Assembly: GCA_965214705.1 (NCBI GenBank)
Contig: CBDCCI010000002.1
Coordinates: 1,024,001 to 1,088,000 of the forward strand
Length of the DNA: 64,000 nucleotides
Reading direction: 5' to 3'
Origin: Alphaproteobacteria bacterium
GTDB taxonomy: Bacteria > Pseudomonadota > Alphaproteobacteria > UBA828
The position numbers were made by a program, and so were the translations under genes. The notes under the pieces are model-generated. The model was not told where the DNA came from. It saw nothing but the letters and a program-made list of their open reading frames with translations, and did no database searches. Numbering within the stretch: the first letter of the stretch is position 1; each line of letters opens with the position of its first letter. Of this stretch, positions 1 to 10,424 are shown in pieces.

Positions 1-594
1 TCCGACGAGCAGAGCGTCGCCGCCATCGCCGCGCGCGAAGGCAAGACGCCCGAGGATGTCGCCTACGATTACCTGCTGGAACGCGACGGCAAGGCGATGC
101 TCTACCGGCCAGTCAGCAACTACTCGGAAGGCTCGCTCGACGCGGTGGGGGAGATGCTGCGGCACCCGAACACGCTGGTGAGCCTGGGCGACGGCGGCGC
201 CCACGTGGGCATGTTGTGCGACGCGAGTGCGTTCACCTACATGTTGATCCACTGGGTGCGCGACCGGGCGACCGGCGAGCGGATGTCGCTCCCCTGGGCG
301 GTCAGGCGCATGACCCGCGACAACGCGCTGGCCCTCGGTCTCCGGGATCGCGGGTTGCTGCAGGCCGGCTACAAGGCCGACCTCAACGTGATCGACTACG
401 ACCGGCTCACGCTGCACTGCCCGGAGCCGGTCTACGACCTGCCGGCCGGCGGCCGGCGCCTGATCCAGCGGGCCGAAGGTTACGTTGCAACCGTGGTCTC
501 AGGCGCCCCGGTCTATCGCGACGGCGAGGCGACCGGCGCGCTGCCTGGCCGCCTGCTGCGGGGTCCGCAGCCCGGCCCTAGCGCCGCCGCTTAA
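1..594 (+). CDS. N-acyl-D-amino-acid deacylase / amidohydrolase family protein, 3' part (5' end outside window)
   Basis: Frame is open from the window edge. Motifs SLGDGGAHV, RDRGLL..GYKADLNVID and DLPAGGRRLIQ..GY..TVVSG are typical of the D-aminoacylase-like C-terminus. Confidence 0.85.
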   Translation, partial: SDEQSVAAIAAREGKTPEDVAYDYLLERDGKAMLYRPVSNYSEGSLDAVGEMLRHPNTLVSLGDGGAHVGMLCDASAFTYMLIHWVRDRATGERMSLPWAVRRMTRDNALALGLRDRGLLQAGYKADLNVIDYDRLTLHCPEPVYDLPAGGRRLIQRAEGYVATVVSGAPVYRDGEATGALPGRLLRGPQPGPSAAA

Positions 595-626
595 GGGCAG
601 CACTCCTCGGTCGACGATTATTGCGG

Positions 627-739
627 GAGCGCGTCCGTCGATGACGGACGCGCGACAGGCCGCGACCGCGGCCCGCCGCGTTAGCGGCGCCCTCGCGGAG
701 GCGCCGGCCGCAGGCCGGCTGCCGTGAGCGAATAATGCT

Positions 740-742
<3 letters not shown>
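627..742 (+). repeat. Repeat family A, copy 1 (multi-hairpin intergenic element)
   Basis: Core CGACAGGCCGCGACCGCGGCCCGCCGC-N4-GCGGCGCC...GCGGAGGCGCCGGCC-N3-GGCCGGCTGCCGTGAGCGA is shared with copies at 5519, 15264 and 23437. It ends in ATGCTCTA, overlapping the aceA stop. Confidence 0.9.
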
Positions 743-2041
<1,299 letters not shown>

Positions 2042-2051
2042 CTCATCCTCC

Positions 2052-3698
2052 TCAATCGGCGCTCTCGCCGTCATGGATGGTGTTCAACACTTTGTAAGCA
2101 GGAAGCGTCAGGAAGTCGGGGAAGCCATTCGCCGTCCCGACCTGGGTGAAGAGGGCGACCGCATCGTCGAAGTGCCCCTCCTCGTAACGGGTCTCGCCGA
2201 GCACATCCCTGAGGGCTGCGACCTCCTCGGCGACCAGCCGGTCAACCAGCGCCCAGTCGACCGCGCGGCCGTCCGTGAGCCGCGCGCCGTGGCGCAGGCA
2301 CTGCCAGAGCTGGGCACGGCTGATCTCGGCGGTGGCCGCGTCTTCCATCAGGTTGTAGAGGGGCACGGCGCCGCGGCCCGCCAACCACGCCTCGATGTAC
2401 TGGATGGCCACGCGGATGTTGTTGCGCAGCCCCTCCTCGGTGAGCTCGCCTTCGGGGACGGCGAGCAGATCGGCCTCTGTCACGGTCACGTTGCCGAGCT
2501 GCCGCGACACCTGATTGGCCTCCGGCATCGACCGGTCGAAGACCTCGCGCGCGATCGGCACGAGCCCCGGATGGGCGACCCAGGTGCCGTCGTGGCCGTC
2601 GCCGGCCTCGCGCTCCTTGTCCGCGCGGACCTTGCCGAACGCCTCTTCGTTCGCCGCATCGTCGCCCTTGATGGGGATCTGCGCCGCCATGCCGCCCATC
2701 GCGTGCGCGCCGCGCCGATGACAGGTCTTGATCAGGAGCCGGCTGTAGGCGCGCATGAAGGGCTGGGTCATGGTGACGAGGCCGCGATCCGGCAGCACCC
2801 AGCCGGGACGGTTCCGGAAGGTCTTGATGACGCTGAAGATGTAGTCCCAACGGCCGCAATTGAGGCCGACGATGTGGTCCTTCAGCGCGTGCAGGATCTC
2901 GTCCATCTCGAAGGCGGCGGTGATGGTCTCGATCAGCACCGTGGTCTTGATCGTGCCGACGGGAAGGCCGAGTTCCTCCTGCGCCGCGACGAAGACGTCG
3001 TTCCAGAGCGCCGCCTCTTCGTAGTGCTCCAGCTTGGGCAGATAGAAGTAGGGGCCCGTGCCGTTGGCGCGCAGTTCCACCGCGTTGTGGAAGAAATAGA
3101 GCCCGAAATCGAACAGGCTGGCAGAGGCCGGGCGGCCGTCGACGACGAGGTGTGCCTCCTCCAGATGCCAGCCGCGCGGGCGGACGATTAGCGTCGCCGT
3201 CTCGTCGCCCAGCGCATAGGACTTGCCGGAGTTCGGGTCGGTCATGGCGATGGTGCGGCGGGACGCATCGCGCAGATTGACCTGGCCCGCGATCATCGCC
3301 TCCCAGGTGGGCGATGCGGCGTCCTCGAAATCGGCCATGAAGCACGAGGCGCCGCAGTTGAGCGCGTTGATGATCATCTTGCGATCGACCGGGCCGGTGA
3401 TCTCCACCCGCCGGTCGGCGAGATCGGCCGGCGTGCCCGCGATGGTCCAGTCGCCCTCGCGGATCGCCTTGGTGTCGGGCCGGAAGGCCGGGTCTTCGCC
3501 GGCGTCGATGCGGGCCTGGAATGCCGCGCGGGCCTCGAGCAGGCGCCGCCGCTCGTCGCCGAAGCGGCGCTCCAGCATGGCGACGAAGGCGCAGGCCTCG
3601 TCGGTCACGACCTCGGCGAGGCCAGGGACGGCGGGCCCGTTGATCTCGATTCCAGCGTTCATGGGCGCTCGGTCGTCCCCGCTGCGGCTCTCCGGCAT
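2052..3698 (-). CDS. aceB: Malate synthase A
   Basis: Motifs [29 protein letters not shown] and [26 protein letters not shown] upstream of ATG 3698. Adjacent to aceA. Confidence 0.96.
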   Translation of the reverse strand: MPESRSGDDRAPMNAGIEINGPAVPGLAEVVTDEACAFVAMLERRFGDERRRLLEARAAFQARIDAGEDPAFRPDTKAIREGDWTIAGTPADLADRRVEITGPVDRKMIINALNCGASCFMADFEDAASPTWEAMIAGQVNLRDASRRTIAMTDPNSGKSYALGDETATLIVRPRGWHLEEAHLVVDGRPASASLFDFGLYFFHNAVELRANGTGPYFYLPKLEHYEEAALWNDVFVAAQEELGLPVGTIKTTVLIETITAAFEMDEILHALKDHIVGLNCGRWDYIFSVIKTFRNRPGWVLPDRGLVTMTQPFMRAYSRLLIKTCHRRGAHAMGGMAAQIPIKGDDAANEEAFGKVRADKEREAGDGHDGTWVAHPGLVPIAREVFDRSMPEANQVSRQLGNVTVTEADLLAVPEGELTEEGLRNNIRVAIQYIEAWLAGRGAVPLYNLMEDAATAEISRAQLWQCLRHGARLTDGRAVDWALVDRLVAEEVAALRDVLGETRYEEGHFDDAVALFTQVGTANGFPDFLTLPAYKVLNTIHDGESAD

Positions 3699-3764
3699 TG
3701 CGAGCTACTCCTTACGTGTTGCATCGCAATACGACATGAATGTCGCGCGATGCGGCGGAAATGT

Positions 3765-3845
3765 CTATAACATGTTGTAAAAAACCGTGTATTTCATTCA
3801 CATTTAGTATGTGAATTGTTGTGGTGTTGTAAATTCGATAAAATT
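3765..3845. promoter_or_regulatory. Divergent aceB/regulator control region with candidate operators
   Basis: AT-rich. TGTTGTAAA occurs twice (3773-3781 and 3825-3833). Perfect inverted repeat ATTCACAT-N5-ATGTGAAT at 3796-3816. Confidence 0.6.
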
Positions 3846-3893
3846 GCGTGGCCGCGCACGGGGCGCGGCCGTCGCTACAATACGGAGAAGGCC

Positions 3894-5330
3894 ATGCAAG
3901 GCAAGGTCATGGCAGGTCAGAGAGTCCGCCGGCTCCGCCGAGAACGCGGGCTGACTCAGGCGCGCATGGCAGCGCAACTCGGAATCTCCACGAGTTACCT
4001 CAATCTGATCGAGCGCAGCCAGCGCCCGGTGACGGTTCCTTTCCTGCTCAAGCTCGGCCAGGCCTTCGACATCGACCTTCAGCGCTTCGCGGAGGACGAC
4101 GAGGGGCGGGTCACCGCTCAGCTCCGGGAGGTCTTCGGCGATCCGCTGTTCGCGCGCAGCCAAGTGAGCGACCAGGACATCCGCGACGCGGCCCAGGCAA
4201 GCCCGGCGCTGGGCGATGCCGTCATCCGCCTGTTCGGCGCCTACCGCGACCTGCTGGAGAACACGGCGAACATTGCAGAGGGTCTCGGCGACGCTGCGAT
4301 GGATGGCCCGTCGGCCCCGTTAACGGGGGCTGCCGGAATTCCGAGCGACGTGGTGCATGATTTCATCCAGGCCCGGTCTGGCTATTTTCCCGAGCTGGAG
4401 GAGGCCGCCGAGCAGCTCTGGGCCGACGCGGGCCTCGATGCCGATGGCCTCTACGAGGGATTGCGGGCCGTCCTCACGGACGGCCACGGCCTCAAGGTCC
4501 GCATCATGCCCGCGCATGTCATGCACGACCTGGTCCGGCGCTACGACCGCCACGGCCGGCGCGTGCTGCTTTCTGACGCGCTGGCGCCGGAGGAACGGGT
4601 CTTCCAACTGGCCTTTCAGGCCGCAGTGCTCGGCTGGCGCGAGCTTTTCGATGACATCGCTGGCGAAGCGGGCCTTCAGGGACAGGCGCGCCACCTCCTC
4701 ATTATCGAATTGGCGGGCTATTTCGCTGCCGCCTGCGTCATGCCCTACGAGCGCTTCCACGAGGCTGCCGAAGCGCTTGACTACGACATCGATCTTCTCG
4801 GCCGGCGCTTCGGCGCGTCGTTCGAGCACGTCTGCCAGCGGCTCGTCACCCTGCAGCGGCCGGGGGCCAAGGGCGTGCCATTCTTCCTCGTCCATATCGA
4901 CTGCGCCGGCAACGTGCTGCGCCGCTTCGACGCCGGCGGCTTCCGCTTCGCCCGTTTCGGCGGGCTCTGCCCGCGCTGGGGCGTGCACCGCACCTTTCAG
5001 TCTCAAGGGGAGAACCGCCTCGACCTGGTCGAGATGCCGGACGGCGCGCGCTTCCTCACCATCGCACGCGCAGTCTCGCGGCCGGGTGCCGGCCATGCGC
5101 TGCCGGGTCAGCAACTGGTGGTCGCGATCGGCTGCCCGCTCTCACACGCGAATCGCCTGGTTTACGGCGCGGGCCTCGACCTCGAGCGGCCTGCGGGGGC
5201 CGTTCCCATCGGCATCAACTGCCGGCTGTGCGATCGCGCGGACTGCACGGCGCGCGCCTTCCCGCCGCCGGGCCGCCGCCTGATCGTGGACGAGAACCAG
5301 CAGGGAATGACGCCCTACTTCTTCTCCTAG
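3894..5330 (+). CDS. XRE-family short-chain fatty acyl-CoA regulator (ScfR/RamB type)
   Basis: N-terminal XRE HTH (LTQARMAAQLGISTSYLNLIER), central IrrE/M78-like region, RFGGLCPRW, C-terminal Cys cluster GINCRLCDRADCTARAFPP. Divergent from aceBA. Confidence 0.92.
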   Translation: MQGKVMAGQRVRRLRRERGLTQARMAAQLGISTSYLNLIERSQRPVTVPFLLKLGQAFDIDLQRFAEDDEGRVTAQLREVFGDPLFARSQVSDQDIRDAAQASPALGDAVIRLFGAYRDLLENTANIAEGLGDAAMDGPSAPLTGAAGIPSDVVHDFIQARSGYFPELEEAAEQLWADAGLDADGLYEGLRAVLTDGHGLKVRIMPAHVMHDLVRRYDRHGRRVLLSDALAPEERVFQLAFQAAVLGWRELFDDIAGEAGLQGQARHLLIIELAGYFAAACVMPYERFHEAAEALDYDIDLLGRRFGASFEHVCQRLVTLQRPGAKGVPFFLVHIDCAGNVLRRFDAGGFRFARFGGLCPRWGVHRTFQSQGENRLDLVEMPDGARFLTIARAVSRPGAGHALPGQQLVVAIGCPLSHANRLVYGAGLDLERPAGAVPIGINCRLCDRADCTARAFPPPGRRLIVDENQQGMTPYFFS

Positions 5331-5361
5331 AGCGTTTCCGTCTTGCATGGAAACGCTCTAG
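5327..5361. repeat. Perfect 13-bp palindromic mini-element CTAGAGCGTTTCC-N9-GGAAACGCTCTAG
   Basis: Read directly. It starts at the regulator's TAG stop and has the same TAGAGC...GCTCTA ends as family A. Confidence 0.8.
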
Positions 5362-5510
5362 GGAACCTCTGATTTATCAGGGGTTCCCGTGGCACAGGGA
5401 TGTGCCACCATTTTCGGTGGCTGTAAGTCACTGAAAATGTGAGCAAAGCGGAAAGCGCGCTTCCGCCTTGCGCGTCTGAGAAATGCAGGAGGCACTTATT
5501 CAGACCTTCC
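5362..5510. mobile_element. Non-autonomous MITE with IS5-like ends
   Basis: Imperfect TIRs GGAACCTCTGATTTAT / CTTATTCAGACCTTCC, flanked by CTAG at 5358-5361 and 5511-5514 (IS5-type target duplication). No transposase. Confidence 0.7.
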
Positions 5511-5518
5511 CTAGCTTC

Positions 5519-5656
5519 TTTGTCGCTCACGGCAGCCGGCCTACGGCCGGCGCCTCCGCGTCGCGCGTCCACGCGCGCGGGCGCGCGATGGCGCCGCAGG
5601 AGCGGCGGGCCGCGGTTGCGGCCTGTCGCACGTCCGTCAAAGACGGACATGCTCTA
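5519..5656 (-). repeat. Repeat family A, copy 2 (with internal insertion)
   Basis: Reverse complement begins TAGAGCATGTCCGTC-TTT-GACGGACGTGC and matches copy 1, with an extra GC-rich insert in hairpin 4. Confidence 0.9.
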
Positions 5657-5677
5657 AGCCTCTCCCCGTCCGCCACC

Positions 5678-5919
5678 CCGGACCATGGTGCGGTGCACAG
5701 AGCGCGGTGGTTGCGCCAGCATCGCGACATGAGGAGCACGTTCATTCAACGCGAAAGCGAGCGGGCCGCAATGGGCGGAAGGACGTTCAAGCAGTCCGCA
5801 CCGTTGTCCGCGTCGCAACGAGGGATGGCCGCCGCTCCGGTCCGCAATGAGCCACCTTGGGCCGCGCGTCTCGGACCACCTTGGGCCACTTTGGGCCGGA
5901 GTAGGCCGGAATAGGCCGC
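5678..5919 (+). repeat. Repeat family B, copy 1
   Basis: Aligns with the reverse complement of 26118-26379. The first 46 nt (CCGGACCATGGTGCGG...CAGCATC) are identical. It ends in 10-mer units. Confidence 0.9.
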
Positions 5920-5925
5920 TTTAAA

Positions 5926-8017
5926 CCGAACTTCCGTTAGCATCTGATTGCCGATCTGGCCGGATTTTGCCTGTTTCCGCCCTTTCTGCGCAGTTTAGCG
6001 CCCGGTTTGGCGCGAAATTCCCGAAATGATCGCCGAAACCGCCGCGATTCGGCGCTCCAGCGCTGGATCACGCCGTCCCGGCGCATCCACCAAAACCTGA
6101 ATACTAGTCAGTAGATAGTTTTCTCGTTACGATAATTGCTCCGCATTCCCAAGCCTTTCCGATATGATTGCCGCGATTCGCTAGGCAGATCGATATGCAC
6201 ATCGAAACCACCCGGTCCGGAAACTCCCGCTGCCACCTCCTCAGACAGTCCTACTGGCAGGACGGAAAACCCAAGAAGCGCACCCTGTGCAACCTCTCCG
6301 CCCTCCCGGAACACGCCATCGAAGCCCTCAAACGCGCCCTCAAGCGCGGACCCGCCCTCAATCCCGACAGCGCCGACGTCGAACTGCGCGCCAGCCGGGC
6401 GCACGGCGCCGTCAGCGCCGTTCTCGGCACCCTTCGCGACATCGGCCTCGACCGCGTCATCTTCCACCGGCCCGATCGCCGCAGGGCCCTCGTCATCGCC
6501 ATGATCGTCGCCCGCCTGATCCGGCCCGGCGCCAAGCTGCGCGTCGAGCGCGAACTGGGAGCGGCCGGCACAACCACCCTCGCCGCCCTGCTCGGCGTCG
6601 AAGGCGTCAGCGTCGACGAACTCTACGCCGCCATGGACTGGCTGGGCGCGCGACAGGGCGCGATCGAGCGCAAGCTCGCCCGGCGCCATCTCGGAGAGGA
6701 CGATCTCGTCCTCTACGACGTGTCCTCGAGCTACATGGAGGGCAACGCCTGCCCCATGGCGAAGCGCGGCTATTCGAGGGATCGCCGGGGCGACCGCCCG
6801 CAGATCGTCTACGGCCTCCTCTGCACCCGCGATGGCTGTCCGGTCTCGATCGAGGCCTTCGCCGGCAACACCGGCGACCCGATGACTCTGGCCAGCCAGG
6901 TGCGCAAGGTCCGCGACAGCTTCGGCATCCGGCGGGTGGTGTTGGTGGGGGACCGCGGCATGATCGCGCAGACCCGCATCGACCGCGACCTCGCGCCCAA
7001 CGGCATCGACTGGATCACGGCGCTGCGCGCATCCTCGATCCGCAAGCTCGTCGACCGGGGGCATGTCACGCCCGGCCTGTTCGACACCTGGGGCCTCGCG
7101 CGGGTGACCACGCCGGACTATCCCGGCGAGAGGCTGATCGTCTGCTACAACCCGGTTCTGGCGGCCGAGCGCAAGCGCAACCGCGACGGGCTGCTCAATG
7201 CGACCGAGACGGACGCGCGCGATTTCGCCGCGCGCCACGCCGCCGGCGACATCGACCGCGACGAGTTGAACCGTCGGCTGGGAACCTTGCGCCGCCGCAA
7301 GATGGCCAAGCACTTCCGCTTCGAATTCGACGAGGGCAGCGGCACCTTCAGTTGCGAACGCGACCGGGCGTCGATCGACGCCGAGGCCGCCCTCGACGGT
7401 CTCTACGTCATACGCACCAACGTGGACGAGGACGAGATCGAGGACGTCGAGGCGGTCCGCGTCTACAAGAGCCTGTCACGCGTCGAGCGCGCCTTCCGCT
7501 CGCTCAAGACGGTGTCGTTGCGGATCCGCCCGATCTTCCACTGGCGCGACGACCGAGTACGGGCGCATCTTCTGATCTGCATGCTGGCTTGGTATGTCGA
7601 GTGGCACATGCGCCGCAGGCTGGCGCCGCTGCTGTTCGCCGAGGAGGACGGAGCGCCGCTGTCCGCGAACCCGGTGGCGCCGCCGGAACGCTCGGAAAAG
7701 GCCCGGCGCAAGGACAAGCGCCGAAAGACGGATGATGGACTTGCGGTGTGCGACTTCCGCGATCTCCTCGGCCATCTCGGCACGCTTGCTGCCACTGAGA
7801 TCGCCACCGGAACCGACTTCGCCGTGCCCGCCCTGACCAAGCCGACCGAACTGCAGGAAAGGGCGTTCGCATTGCTCGGGCTGCGGCCCCATCCTGCGCC
7901 CGCGCTCACCGAAAAGGGGATGACCACCGCCAAACCTGTCCAGTAATCGTCGCTTCGAAACTCGCCGAAACCCCTGCCGCACAACGGTTCTTTGACTATC
8001 CCACACTGGAAGTTCGG
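5926..8017 (+). mobile_element. IS1634-family insertion sequence, apparently intact
   Basis: Terminal IRs CCGAACTTCC (5926-5935) / GGAAGTTCGG (8008-8017). TTTAAA duplicated at 5920-5925 and 8018-8023. Single transposase ORF. Confidence 0.9.
6195..7946 (+). CDS. IS1634-family DDE transposase
   Basis: MHIE..LLRQSYWQDGKPKKRTLCNLS N-terminus. DDE motifs LYDVSSSY, VGDRGM and VERAFRSLK. IRPIFHW..RVRAHLLICMLA. Confidence 0.93.
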   Translation: MHIETTRSGNSRCHLLRQSYWQDGKPKKRTLCNLSALPEHAIEALKRALKRGPALNPDSADVELRASRAHGAVSAVLGTLRDIGLDRVIFHRPDRRRALVIAMIVARLIRPGAKLRVERELGAAGTTTLAALLGVEGVSVDELYAAMDWLGARQGAIERKLARRHLGEDDLVLYDVSSSYMEGNACPMAKRGYSRDRRGDRPQIVYGLLCTRDGCPVSIEAFAGNTGDPMTLASQVRKVRDSFGIRRVVLVGDRGMIAQTRIDRDLAPNGIDWITALRASSIRKLVDRGHVTPGLFDTWGLARVTTPDYPGERLIVCYNPVLAAERKRNRDGLLNATETDARDFAARHAAGDIDRDELNRRLGTLRRRKMAKHFRFEFDEGSGTFSCERDRASIDAEAALDGLYVIRTNVDEDEIEDVEAVRVYKSLSRVERAFRSLKTVSLRIRPIFHWRDDRVRAHLLICMLAWYVEWHMRRRLAPLLFAEEDGAPLSANPVAPPERSEKARRKDKRRKTDDGLAVCDFRDLLGHLGTLAATEIATGTDFAVPALTKPTELQERAFALLGLRPHPAPALTEKGMTTAKPVQ

Positions 8018-8091
8018 TTTAAAACCTTCTTTCGGAACTTGCCGGGATTCTTCACCCGTCTCGGGCAGGCGGCGCGGCGCGACCTCGGCTG

Positions 8092-9000
8092 TCAGGCTGC
8101 CGGCACCACCGCGCCGTCCCAGCCCGCAGACGCGAGCACTCCTTTGTCCACGATCAGGCGTGCCGCCATGGTGGGCCGGGGCGAGGTGCCGATGCGGAGC
8201 TCGCCCACGATGCCGAGCAGCATGTAAGCCTCGCGGCGCGAGAGCCCGGTCCAGCGCGAAACCAGACCGACCGCGGCGTCCGACGCGTCCTCGGTCGCGG
8301 CCTCCACCGAGGGGCCGTAGCCCACGATCTGCACCGTCCCGTTATGCTCGAAGATCGGCCGCTCTACCGGGCTCGCCTTGTTCAGGGCGATGCGCGCCCG
8401 CACCTGCGCCGAGCACTCGACTCCGGTGCCGCTGATGATGCCGTCGCTGATCGCGGCGTGCGGGTCGGCCATGAAGATGAGCGCGTCGTCGACCATGACC
8501 GGCAGGTGAACCCGCGCGCCGACACCCACGTCGCGCTGGTCGAAGTCGCCGCCGTAGGGCCCGGCGTGGGAGGGGCGGTAGCCCTCCGGCGGCATCGTCG
8601 ACAGCGTGCCGAGATTGGGCGCGAGCGGGATCGCCACCCGGTCGCCGAACCAGGCCTGACCGTCACGGATCGGGCAGGCGACGATGGCGGGCTCCTCGAA
8701 CTCCTCCTTGAGCACGCCGAAGTCGCGCAGCACCGCGTTGGCGCCCTCGCCGAACGGCTCGATCGAGAGCAGGTCGATCGCCACAGAATCCCCCGGCTGC
8801 GCGCCGCGCACGGCGATCGGCCCGGTCACCGGCGCGAGCGGATGCCCTTCGGACGCCGGCGTAAACGGCGTCGGCACCTCGGCAATGTCCTCGATGTCGT
8901 CGAAGGCGCCGTCCACCGTGACCTCGATCTCCGTGCCGGGGTCGATGGTCATTGCCGGCGGGGTCGAGGGGCCGACGGTGAAGAGATAGGTCTTGCCCAT
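8092..9000 (-). CDS. Acetamidase/formamidase family protein
   Basis: Motifs TGPIAVRGAQPGD, GPYGGDFD, LPVMVDDALIFMADPHAAISDG.ISGTGVE and LSRREAYML. Confidence 0.85.
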   Translation of the reverse strand: MGKTYLFTVGPSTPPAMTIDPGTEIEVTVDGAFDDIEDIAEVPTPFTPASEGHPLAPVTGPIAVRGAQPGDSVAIDLLSIEPFGEGANAVLRDFGVLKEEFEEPAIVACPIRDGQAWFGDRVAIPLAPNLGTLSTMPPEGYRPSHAGPYGGDFDQRDVGVGARVHLPVMVDDALIFMADPHAAISDGIISGTGVECSAQVRARIALNKASPVERPIFEHNGTVQIVGYGPSVEAATEDASDAAVGLVSRWTGLSRREAYMLLGIVGELRIGTSPRPTMAARLIVDKGVLASAGWDGAVVPAA

Positions 9001-9021
9001 GTTCCTGCTCCAAGCGCCCGT

Positions 9022-10158
9022 TCAGCCGGCAAGCGCGGCATCGCGCTCCTGATGGAAATTGTGCAGCCCGATCTCGTTCCGGCCGAACACGATTTCGCGC
9101 TGGATGCCGGCGGCGAGGTTCGCCTGCACGCCCTCCATCACGGCGAAGTCCTCGTTGTCCAGCACGCCCAAAGCGAGCCGCATCATCTCCTCCCAGTCGC
9201 GGTTGGAGCGGTCTTCAGAGGGCGAGGCGAAGCTGAAGCGGCACACCGTGGTGTCGGGCCGTTCGGGGTCGGGGAAGAAGCGCGCAAGTTCCACGTGCGG
9301 CCCCTGGCTGATGAACACCGCATTGGGGAAGAGGCGATAGACGATGGTCGCGTGCGGCACCACGCGCCAGGTCTCCGGGTCGTCGTCGCGCTGGTCAATG
9401 ATGCTGCGGCGGGGCGCCACCAGCCGGGCGTGCCGGCCGCAGGCCTCGTAGAGGAAGACCGTGCCGAACAGCGTCTTGCCAATGGAGGCCCGGTGCAGGA
9501 TGGGCACGTGGTAGTACTCGAGGAAGGTATCGACCCCGAGCTTCCAGTTCATCCGCTTGGTCCAGACGTGACTGCCGCGGTGGCGGTAGTCGGCGAGCCC
9601 GAAGGCCGCAAGCTCGGCACCGAAATCGCCGAGGGCTTCGTCGAGGTCGAGCGTGCCGCCGGGGTCCAGCAGCAGCCAGACGAAGCCGTCGCGCTCCTCC
9701 GTGGGGAAGCGCACCAGGGCTTCTTCGCCGACGACGACATCGGGGAAGTGCTCGGCCCCCGGCTGCGCCGTGAGCACGCCGCAGCGGTCGTAGGTCCAGT
9801 TGTGGTAGGGGCAGACGAAGTTCTTGCTCACTTGACCCGCGCCGTCGAGCAGGCGGGCGCCACGGTGCCGGCAGGTGTTCAGCAGGCCGCGTACCGTGCC
9901 CGCGTCGTCGCGGATCAGCATGACCGGCACGCCGGCGATGTCGAGCGTGAGGTAGTCGCCGGGCTCGGCGACCTCGCAGCCGAAGGCGACGGGCAGCGGC
10001 TGGCCGCGAAAAATCTTCTCGATCTCGTCTGCGAGCGCCGTCCGGCAGGTGTAGCGCCTGCCGTCTACGGCCATGGAAGTCTCGGCCTCGGGCAAGGCGC
10101 GTCGGTCGATACGGTCGAGCGCTTCGGCGGCGAGGCGGAGTTCGGTCTGGTGCTGCAA
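9022..10158 (-). CDS. Rieske non-heme iron oxygenase, alpha subunit
   Basis: Rieske ligands NTCRHRG...CPYHNW and mononuclear Fe motif EYYHVPILH...NED. TTG start preceded by GAAGAGG. Confidence 0.9.
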   Translation of the reverse strand: MQHQTELRLAAEALDRIDRRALPEAETSMAVDGRRYTCRTALADEIEKIFRGQPLPVAFGCEVAEPGDYLTLDIAGVPVMLIRDDAGTVRGLLNTCRHRGARLLDGAGQVSKNFVCPYHNWTYDRCGVLTAQPGAEHFPDVVVGEEALVRFPTEERDGFVWLLLDPGGTLDLDEALGDFGAELAAFGLADYRHRGSHVWTKRMNWKLGVDTFLEYYHVPILHRASIGKTLFGTVFLYEACGRHARLVAPRRSIIDQRDDDPETWRVVPHATIVYRLFPNAVFISQGPHVELARFFPDPERPDTTVCRFSFASPSEDRSNRDWEEMMRLALGVLDNEDFAVMEGVQANLAAGIQREIVFGRNEIGLHNFHQERDAALAG

Positions 10159-10424
10159 GGGGTCCTCTTCGCGGTCGTGACAGGGCCCATACTAGCTGAT
10201 AACGCCGTCCGCGACCCCACCCGCGCGATGGCGTGGGCGCGATGCCGTGGATGCGCCCGTCCATCGCTTGAATTACGGACGCTGCGCCAACGACTTACGC
10301 GCCGCGCGCGGCGATTCGACCGGATGGCTAAGTTCGGCTATAGTGGACTGATGGAAAAGCGAAGCGACGCCACTCTCTTCGCTCTATTGCGCTGTCATCC
10401 AAGATCGTTCGCGACTCTCATTAT

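Noticed and set aside
5483-5914. ORFs running through families A/B (also 26143-26406, 26068-26382, 485-727)
   Set aside because: Similarity between these ORFs just reflects the DNA repeat. Substitutions are largely non-synonymous and the starts differ, so coding is unsupported.
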